A model generated the notes under the pieces. That model ran no database searches. It saw only the letters and a program-made list of their open reading frames with translations, and was not told the DNA's origin. A program made the position numbers and the translations under genes. From Myxococcales bacterium (GTDB lineage: Bacteria > Myxococcota_A > UBA9042), in the NCBI GenBank assembly GCA_037441385.1, contig JBBISH010000172.1, positions 1 to 10,082 of the forward strand: a stretch of DNA of 10,082 nucleotides, in the 5' to 3' direction. This document shows, one piece after another, positions 1 to 8,052 of this stretch. Each line of letters begins with the position of its first letter. Positions within the stretch are counted from its first letter, which is position 1.

Positions 1-1571
1 CACACCGGGTAGCGATCTTCGATCAGCGCGACCTGCTCGTTCTGTAGGGCTTCCAGGTTCTTGCCGATGTCGAGGAACAGCGCCTCGTCCTCGGCCGGTT
101 TGGCCTCTTCGTCGCCCTCGTCGTCGCCTGCTTTGGCCTTGGCCTTGCCGTCGTCTTTCTTGCCCTTCTTCTTGTTGCCCTTCTTTTCTGCCTTGGGCGG
201 CGGCGGGGGCGGCGCTCCGGCGGCCTCGTCCTCGGGCTTGATGCCGGCCAGGGCCAGCCGCAGCAGGTGCACCCAGTCGGGGGCGATGGTGGCGCGATCG
301 TCGTCGTTCAGCTTGGGGTTGTCGATCTCGGCCTGCACCTCGGTCTTGTCGACCATCGCGTCAAAGGGGTGCAAGTGCATGTAAAGCGAATAAAACCGGA
401 ACTTGCGGCTGCCGGCATCGGTCTCGTCGACCGGGATCTCGTGGCGCAGCACCACAAAGTTGTTGGAGCCGAACGGCGGTTCGACCTTGCCCGGCGTGCT
501 GGTCTTGGCCGCGACGACCTGACCGGCAAACATCGCGAGCACCGGCGCGCCCTTGGGCAGGTGCAGGTGGATGCCGCCGTGCCACTGCCCCGACTGGCCG
601 ACCGGGTAGTAGCCGCCCGTCACGCCGCCGCGCGGATCCTCGGTGTTGCGGAAGTAAGCCTCGGCCAGCTTGGTGACCTCGGGCTCGCTGTAGACCGTGT
701 CGATGTTCTTGGGTTTGCCGTCCTTGGCCCAGTCGATGATGGCCGGGAAGCTGTTGGCCTGGCGGTTCAAGTCGGCGATCAGGCGCTCCCACTCAAAGCC
801 GGGACCGGGGTCGATCTTTTGGGCGTTGAGGTGGAAGTGGCCAAAAATGCCGCATTTCCCCAAGTCGATCTCGGTCTGCTCGAGCATCGTCTTTTTGTCG
901 GGGCCGATAGGCGGCATCAAAATGATCTTGGGAAAGCGCTGCTTGAGCGCGCGGATCAACTTGGTCAGCGCGTCGTATTGCGCGTCGGTGTAGCCGACCG
1001 AGCGCCACGGCTCGCCGTTGATGGTCGCTTCGAAGATGCGCCGCTTGCCCTGCGAACCCGACGGCGGGGCGTCGCCAGTCACCTTGACCAGCAAGCAGTT
1101 CATGTCGATGCCGATCGTCTGCAAGTTGGTGTTTTGCAGGGTGTTGTCGGCGCCGCCACCGTGCAGGGCGCTGAAGAGCGGATCGGTGCCCTGGTAGATG
1201 GTGCCGTTCCAGTCGACCATGAAGTGGGTGGACAGGCCGCGCATCTTCAGCACGCGGAAGCAGCCGGCCGAATCTGCCGTGATATCCGAGTGAATCAAGA
1301 TGCCGCGCACCACGTCGGCACATTCTTCGACGGTGGTGAGCTCTTTGCCTTTGAACCGGCGCGGTTCGATCAGGCTGCCGTCGGGACCGCCGCCGGTCAT
1401 GAAGCTCAGCGCACCTGGGTCCTTGAAATTGACGCAGTTGGCGCCGTCGATCGCCAGCGGTTCGCCGCCGACGATGATGTAATTCTTGGCGCCGGCGACC
1501 GCCGGGCCCTGCATGCCCGAGAAGATGCGGGCGTCGGAACCGGCGCTGGGGGGTGTCGGCGTCTGGCTCAC
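1..1571 (-). CDS. Amidase_2 (N-acetylmuramoyl-L-alanine amidase) domain fused to an M23-like/WHIX-like domain; candidate peptidoglycan-targeting effector (3' partial)
   Basis: Hand translation; absent from the ORF track because it has no stop within the window. Open frame from GTG at 1571 (alternative ATG at 1514) to the edge, >=523 codons, starting 10 nt after the upstream TAG. Amidase motifs: ILIHSD (His 1290-1292), STHFMVDWNGTIYQ, ALHGG, NLQTIGIDM, YTDAQYDAL, IFGHFHLNAQKIDPGPGFEWERL (His 837-839, Asp 810-812). Followed by GGYYPVGQSGQWHGGIHLH, APVLAMFAGQVVAA, SNNFVVLRHE and FYSLYMHL. Strong GC3 codon bias. Confidence 0.88.
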   Translation of the reverse strand, partial: MSQTPTPPSAGSDARIFSGMQGPAVAGAKNYIIVGGEPLAIDGANCVNFKDPGALSFMTGGGPDGSLIEPRRFKGKELTTVEECADVVRGILIHSDITADSAGCFRVLKMRGLSTHFMVDWNGTIYQGTDPLFSALHGGGADNTLQNTNLQTIGIDMNCLLVKVTGDAPPSGSQGKRRIFEATINGEPWRSVGYTDAQYDALTKLIRALKQRFPKIILMPPIGPDKKTMLEQTEIDLGKCGIFGHFHLNAQKIDPGPGFEWERLIADLNRQANSFPAIIDWAKDGKPKNIDTVYSEPEVTKLAEAYFRNTEDPRGGVTGGYYPVGQSGQWHGGIHLHLPKGAPVLAMFAGQVVAAKTSTPGKVEPPFGSNNFVVLRHEIPVDETDAGSRKFRFYSLYMHLHPFDAMVDKTEVQAEIDNPKLNDDDRATIAPDWVHLLRLALAGIKPEDEAAGAPPPPPPKAEKKGNKKKGKKDDGKAKAKAGDDEGDEEAKPAEDEALFLDIGKNLEALQNEQVALIEDRYPV

Positions 1572-1581
1572 GTCGGACCGC

Positions 1582-3384
1582 CTAGGCCTTGCTGGCCGCG
1601 GGCTTGCGCCCAAAGAGTTTCTTGCCGATGAGCACCAGGATCAGCAGCACGAGCAGGGCCGCTGCTACCGCCAACACCCAGCCCAAGATCACGTAGACCT
1701 CGTAGCCCACCAGCATCTGGATCTTGACCAGCAGCGACCACGCCACGTCGCCCAGCTGCTGCAAAATCGGCTTGCTCACGGGCAAGTCCAAGGTCAACGG
1801 CTCGGACGAAAGCTGCGTGCCGGGATTCTCGGGCGCCTCGATCTTGGGGTCCAGCCGAATCGACAGGCGCGCGCTGAACTTCTCTTGCACGTCGTCGGGC
1901 GCCTGGTGGGTGAACTCGACGGCCAACTGACCGGTGACCTCGCTCATCGTGCGCGACACGGCCGAGATCGCCGGCACGTTGTCGTCGACCTCGCGGAAGG
2001 TGCCGCCGGTGCGGGCCGCGAGCAGGTGCAGGCGGTCGAGCTCGAACGGGCTGGTGGGCAAGCCTGTGCGGCGGATCCCCACGGCGTAGATGTGGATGTC
2101 GGCGGCGCGCGCGAGGCCGATCCACTGCGCGGCCTTGTCGTGGAACAGCTTCTGCATCAACCCCACGCGGCGCGTCAGGATCTGCTCGCGCTCCATGCAG
2201 GCGCGCATGTCGGTCTGCAGGCGATGGCGCTCGACCAGCTGCTGGCGGTCGCTCATCGCGGCCAGGCGGTCCGCGTTGGCCGGTCCGGCCGGATCGTAGG
2301 CGTTGCACGGCGCGGGTGGGTGCTCAGCGCAAGTGGTGTAGTCCCACACCCAGCCATCGCGGCCGTCGCTCAGCAGGACGATCGCCTTGCGGTTGCCCGG
2401 CTTGCCATCGCGCAGCAGCGTCTGCAGGGCCTGGTCCACCGCCGACGTGTCGAAATCGACGGGCTCCCCGCGCAAGGCTGCGTCCTCGCGCTCCTGCTTG
2501 GCGTGGCTATATTCCTCTTTGGTAAAGTTGCCAAAACCGCTGAGCGCGCCGCCCGGCGTGCCGCAATACCTGGACAATTCGTAGAACGGCGGCCCCAGGT
2601 TGAGCAAGCGCGGAAACGCGCCCTCGAACGGGGCGTTCTTGGCCAGACCCGCCAGCTTGCCTGCGTCGCCTTGCAACCCGCAGAGGTCGGTCCCAGGCTC
2701 GGGCGCCGGGTTGTCCTTGGTGGCGGCCGGGCCCAGCGTGATCGGTCCGCCGGAATGAGCCTGCAGCAGCGCTTCCTTGCACTTTTCGCGCACTTCGCGC
2801 TTCTCGACGTCGACGAGGCGCGTGTCGAAATTCTTGAGACCGGTGGCCTGGTAGATGCGGTCGCCGTACCAGATCAGGTTGACGCGGTCACCCTTGCCCA
2901 GGGGTTTGAAGGCGGCCGCCACGGCGTCGCGGATGCGCTGCTGCATCAGCGGCTCGACAGTAGAGGCGTAACCCTGTACCACCAGGACCAAATCCAGGCC
3001 AACGCCGGCCTCGGCCCGCGGCGCGAGCTTGGCATCTTTGCGGCGGTCCAGCGCCACGCCCTTTTCAAAGCTGACCAGCGCCGGGTTCTGCTTGCTGGCG
3101 ACGGTGGCCTTCTTGCCGCCGTCGAGCACATCCAAGCGCAGCAGGTGTTTCAGTTCGATGGGCGCACCCCGACCGTCGAGCACGGTCGCAAGAAGCTTGA
3201 CGTGCGGCCATCCCGACAGATCCATCGAATCGATGCGCACTTGCGGCAGCACGATCGCCGTGGTCTGGGCCGGAATCGGCGCGGCGGCCTGACTGGCACG
3301 CGCCCACCACAGCTCGCCGACCAGGGCCAGCCCTGCCAGCGCTGCGACCGCCCACAGCCAACGCCGTTGCCGCCCCTGCATCAT
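1582..3384 (-). CDS. Membrane-anchored, exported VWA-domain protein with degenerate MIDAS (~600 aa)
   Basis: ATG at 3384 overlaps the upstream stop as ATGA and gives an N-terminal signal/TM (RQRRWLWAVAALAGLALVG..ASQA). Ig-like start (VRIDSMDLSGWPHVKLLATVLDGRGAPI). VWA strands and helices: LDLVLVVQGYAS, DRVNLIWYGD, SAVDQAL, RKAIVLLSDGRD, IHIYAVGI, LHLLAARTGG. C-terminal TM VILGWVLAVAAALLVLLILVLI followed by a basic tail GKKLFGRK. Confidence 0.82.
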   Translation of the reverse strand: MMQGRQRRWLWAVAALAGLALVGELWWARASQAAAPIPAQTTAIVLPQVRIDSMDLSGWPHVKLLATVLDGRGAPIELKHLLRLDVLDGGKKATVASKQNPALVSFEKGVALDRRKDAKLAPRAEAGVGLDLVLVVQGYASTVEPLMQQRIRDAVAAAFKPLGKGDRVNLIWYGDRIYQATGLKNFDTRLVDVEKREVREKCKEALLQAHSGGPITLGPAATKDNPAPEPGTDLCGLQGDAGKLAGLAKNAPFEGAFPRLLNLGPPFYELSRYCGTPGGALSGFGNFTKEEYSHAKQEREDAALRGEPVDFDTSAVDQALQTLLRDGKPGNRKAIVLLSDGRDGWVWDYTTCAEHPPAPCNAYDPAGPANADRLAAMSDRQQLVERHRLQTDMRACMEREQILTRRVGLMQKLFHDKAAQWIGLARAADIHIYAVGIRRTGLPTSPFELDRLHLLAARTGGTFREVDDNVPAISAVSRTMSEVTGQLAVEFTHQAPDDVQEKFSARLSIRLDPKIEAPENPGTQLSSEPLTLDLPVSKPILQQLGDVAWSLLVKIQMLVGYEVYVILGWVLAVAAALLVLLILVLIGKKLFGRKPAASKA

Positions 3385-3776
3385 GCGCTGAACCGATAGG
3401 GGCGGACGCGATACTCGCCCACGCCGACGTGATCGATGACTTGCCCGTCGCGGTCGAGCAGCTCGGCGACCACGCGGTAGTGACCAGGGACCAAGTCGCG
3501 ATGCGGATAGGGGGTTTCCAGCGTGCGCCGCAAACCTGGGCCAACGCTGACCGGCAGGCCCGGATAGCTGCGGCCGGCAAAGACCACGCACAGGCGGACC
3601 GCGCACGTGCTGGGCGCCGCTTGCGCCACATCGACGTGAACGCGGGCACCGGGGTGGCAGGCCAGACCGCGACCGGTCAGCCAACGCGGCGCCGACGTGG
3701 GGGGCACCGACGCTGCGGCCGTCGCGACCAGCAGGCGCAAGAACGATCGGCGAGAAACGGCGGGAACCACGGCCAT
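3381..3776 (-). CDS. Small hypothetical protein with twin-arginine (Tat) signal (131 aa)
   Basis: ATG at 3776, 46 nt after the thiL stop. N-terminus MAVVPAVSRRSFLRLLVATAAAS matches S-R-R-x-F-L. Beta-rich C-terminus (PGHYRVVAELLDRDGQVID). Its stop overlaps the VWA start (ATGA), and it fills the gap between thiL and the VWA gene. Confidence 0.65.
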   Translation of the reverse strand: MAVVPAVSRRSFLRLLVATAAASVPPTSAPRWLTGRGLACHPGARVHVDVAQAAPSTCAVRLCVVFAGRSYPGLPVSVGPGLRRTLETPYPHRDLVPGHYRVVAELLDRDGQVIDHVGVGEYRVRPYRFSA

Positions 3777-3822
3777 GGGCGCGACAATAGCAAGGCCGCT
3801 GGGCCGCGACAAGCTGCGGGGA

Positions 3823-4833
3823 TCAGGTCCCGTGCAGCCAGCCCGCGCCCTGCACAACCTGCTCGCCAACCGCGACAAAGGCCTTGCCCGCCGGCCCCAC
3901 CGTGATTTCGCCAATCGCGACGCAGGGTAGCTCGGGTAGCGGCCAGGCCTCGGCCAAGTCCAGGTCGGCGGGCGCAGCTACGAGCAGGGCGTAGTCGTCT
4001 CCCCCCGCGCCCATCAGCTCGGCTGGCGAAAGTTGCTGGGATTTCAACCAGTTCAAAGCCTCGACCGGCCAGTCGGGCGCCGCCAGCTGCAGGTGGATGC
4101 CCACGCGCGAGGCCTCTGCCAGACGGGCGGCGTCCAGGGCCAACCCGTCGGACACGTCGAGGCAAGTCAGGCGCGCCCCACCCTGCGCCAGCGCCTGCAG
4201 GTGGCGACCCGCGGCCACCAACGGCTCGGGCCACCAGTGCGCATGGACATAGGGGGCCGCCCAGTGCTGCTCCGGCGGCGGCTGGGGATGCCGCTGCAGC
4301 CAGGCCAGGCCCACCGCGGCCCAACCGACCCGCCCCACCAGCCAGACGCGGTCGCCCGGACGCGCCGTAGAGCGCAGCAGCGGCGGTCCCTGCAACTGCC
4401 CAAGCGCCGTCACACTCCAGCGCTGCGGCCCCGGACAAAGGCCCACGTCGCCGCCCGCGACACTGCAGGCAAAACGGTCGGCCACGGCCGCCAACCCGCG
4501 CGCCGCCCGCAGCAGCCACTCGGAAGACACCTCGCCGCGACACTCCAGCGCCAAGAGGAGCAGCTTGGGCTCGGCGCCCATCGCCGCGAGATCGGAGAGG
4601 TTCACTGCTGCGGCGCGGTGCCCCACGGCCTCGGGCGGCGCCACATCGGCCAGCCAATCCACACCTTCGACCACGCTGTCGACCGTGGCGACGACCTGGC
4701 CGTGCGGCTGCCAGACCAGGGCATCGTCGCCGTTGCTCACGCTGCACGAGGTCGGACGGTCAAAGGTGCGGCGCAGCAACCGCACCAACCGCGTCTCGCC
4801 AAGCTCGGCGACGCTGGGCGGGCGCGGCCGCAT
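3823..4833 (-). CDS. thiL: Thiamine-monophosphate kinase
   Basis: ThiL motifs: ELGETRLV, GDDA, DSVVEGVDW, GHRAAAVNLSDLAAMGAEP, AGGD, RSTARPGDRVWLVG, DVSDGL, GGDDYALL. ATG at 4833 overlaps the dnaJ stop (TGATG). Confidence 0.93.
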   Translation of the reverse strand: MRPRPPSVAELGETRLVRLLRRTFDRPTSCSVSNGDDALVWQPHGQVVATVDSVVEGVDWLADVAPPEAVGHRAAAVNLSDLAAMGAEPKLLLLALECRGEVSSEWLLRAARGLAAVADRFACSVAGGDVGLCPGPQRWSVTALGQLQGPPLLRSTARPGDRVWLVGRVGWAAVGLAWLQRHPQPPPEQHWAAPYVHAHWWPEPLVAAGRHLQALAQGGARLTCLDVSDGLALDAARLAEASRVGIHLQLAAPDWPVEALNWLKSQQLSPAELMGAGGDDYALLVAAPADLDLAEAWPLPELPCVAIGEITVGPAGKAFVAVGEQVVQGAGWLHGT

Positions 4834-5939
4834 CAACTCGCCCCCTGAGCATCGCGGAGCCCAGCGAGGGCACGCAAGTAGCGATCACTGCCAGGGAACT
4901 GCGCGGGCGCAAGAAAGCGATCCAGCGCGGCGATGGCCTCGGCCTGAGCGGGCGCCAGTTGGCAAGGCACCTCGACTTGGATCTGTACGCGCAAGTGCCC
5001 GCGCCCGTTGGGGGCCGGCAAGCCCCGCCCGCCGATGCGAAGCTCTTGGCCCGCCTGACAGCCGGCCGGCAGCGTCAACCGTTCGATGCCTTCCAGGGTG
5101 GGCACCTCGATCGGTCCGCCCAGGGCGGCGCGGCTCCACGGCAGCGTCACCGTGCAAACCAGGTCGTTGCCTTCGACTTTCAGCAAAGGATGCGGCTCGA
5201 CTTGTACGTCGACCAACAGGTCGCCCGGCTCGGCCATCCCGGCCGCCACCTCGCCCACGCCGCGCACACGCAACACCGTGCCGTTGCGGCAACCCGGCGG
5301 CACCTGCACTTCGATGCTCCGCTCGACCGAAACCTCGCCGCGCCCCTGGCAGCGGACGCACTCGGCCACCAGAACCGCCCCGCGGCCGCCGCAAAATCCG
5401 CAGGTGGCGCGCTGCCGTGGCACGCCGACCTTGAAGCCGCCCGTGCCCTGGCAAACATGACACACCGGATTGCGTTCGGGCGCATCGGTCCCCTGCCCGC
5501 GGCACGCAGGACAGGCACACGTGTACTGGGCGTCCACGCGCTCGATACCACCCAAGACCGCACGGACAAAGCTGATTTTCTTGGCCACGCGCAGGTCGAT
5601 CGGCCGCGACTCGGCGGGTAGCACCGGCTTGTCGCGCCGCAGCCGCTTGACGACCAAATCCAAAACATCCAAAGCCTTTTCTGCCCGCGGATCGTCGACC
5701 ATGCGCAGCGGATCGCGCAACATCAGCATCCGGTCGTAGTGGAGGCGTTTGGCGGGGTCCGACAGTTCGGTCCAGGCGCTGGAAATGAGCTGAAAGCAGG
5801 CGGTGGCGCGGGCGGCGCCGCGGTGGCGATCCGGGTGATAGACCCGCGAAAGCTTGCGATAAGCCTCGCGAATAGCCGCAGGATCGGCATTCACCGACAC
5901 GCCAAGGACGCGGTAATGATCGGGGGCGGCGTCGGTCAC
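4833..5939 (-). CDS. dnaJ: DnaJ-family (class A-like) co-chaperone paralog: J domain, zinc finger, C-terminal domain; no G/F-rich linker
   Basis: DHYRVLGV...IREAYRKLSRVYHPDRH J domain. Four CxxCxGxG repeats (CPACRGQG, CHVCQGTG, CGFCGGRG, CVRCQGRG). DnaJ_C motifs VQVPPG, PGDLLV, AALGGPIEVPTLEG, GRGL. GTG start. Probably a paralog rather than the housekeeping copy. Confidence 0.88.
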   Translation of the reverse strand: MTDAAPDHYRVLGVSVNADPAAIREAYRKLSRVYHPDRHRGAARATACFQLISSAWTELSDPAKRLHYDRMLMLRDPLRMVDDPRAEKALDVLDLVVKRLRRDKPVLPAESRPIDLRVAKKISFVRAVLGGIERVDAQYTCACPACRGQGTDAPERNPVCHVCQGTGGFKVGVPRQRATCGFCGGRGAVLVAECVRCQGRGEVSVERSIEVQVPPGCRNGTVLRVRGVGEVAAGMAEPGDLLVDVQVEPHPLLKVEGNDLVCTVTLPWSRAALGGPIEVPTLEGIERLTLPAGCQAGQELRIGGRGLPAPNGRGHLRVQIQVEVPCQLAPAQAEAIAALDRFLAPAQFPGSDRYLRALAGLRDAQGAS

Positions 5940-5988
5940 AAGCGGCTAGCCATTGCGCAGCGGAGTCTCGGGGAAGTGATCGGTAGAA

Positions 5989-7797
<1,809 letters not shown>

Positions 7798-7800
7798 GCT

Positions 7801-7806
7801 TCCTCT
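7801..7806 (-). promoter_or_regulatory. Shine-Dalgarno-like site for dnaK
   Basis: The - strand reads ACAGAGGAAGC-ATG. Spacing to the start codon is short. Confidence 0.5.
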
Positions 7807-7916
7807 GTGTTACCGCTGCGACCGGGTTGCCGGGCCGACCAAGTGGCCGTCGCGACTCACGGGCCCATACGTGCCGCCCGCAAATCCCGAACTGGAGTTG
7901 CGACGGGCAAACTCGC

Positions 7917-7946
7917 ATTTTGACCGAGTCTGCCTCAGTCGGTCAA
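7917..7946 (-). promoter_or_regulatory. Putative sigma70-type promoter (TTGACC-N18-CAAAAT) overlapped by a perfect 8-bp inverted repeat (candidate operator)
   Basis: The + strand at 7920-7946 reads TTGACCGA-gtctgcctcag-TCGGTCAA. On the - strand, -35 TTGACC lies at 7946-7941 and -10 CAAAAT at 7922-7917, about 120 nt upstream of the dnaK ATG. Confidence 0.5.
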
Positions 7947-8052
7947 CCCGCCGGCCCGATTGTGGTCGCCAAGACTACGGAAAAGTGTGAAGAACGGTGA
8001 CGGGACCACCCAAAGAGGCTGGCAGCCGCCGGCCGAGTTTCGCGGACGCACG

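Noticed and set aside
100..215. Short repeats (ttggcc, ttc/ttg runs, ggc runs) as a tandem repeat or CRISPR-like array
   Set aside because: Explained by low-complexity Lys/Ala/Asp/Pro codons within the CDS, with no regular repeat-spacer structure.
267..3399. Long + strand ORFs 267..1631 (454 aa) and 1486..3399 (637 aa)
   Set aside because: Antisense shadows of the codon-biased amidase and VWA genes. They have no recognisable motifs and show the V/D/G/H/Q-rich composition typical of reverse-frame reading in GC-rich DNA.
3385..3684. 100-aa N-terminal extension of the VWA ORF in the track (700 aa)
   Set aside because: Arg/Pro-rich junk overlapping the Tat-protein gene. ATG 3384 gives a proper signal sequence and an ATGA coupling.
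7858..7880. Possible sigma54 site (CGGCACGTATGGGC, - strand) or sigma32 -10 (CCCATAC, + strand) upstream of dnaK
   Set aside because: GG-to-GC spacing is 9 rather than the required 10, and there is no TTGC. The CCCAT element is on the wrong strand for dnaK.
7798..8052. CIRCE/HAIR heat-shock operators, a TPP riboswitch (given thiL) or a tRNA in the intergenic region
   Set aside because: No match to the CIRCE or HAIR consensus, no TPP core (CTGAGA...ACCTG) on the - strand, and no cloverleaf features seen.
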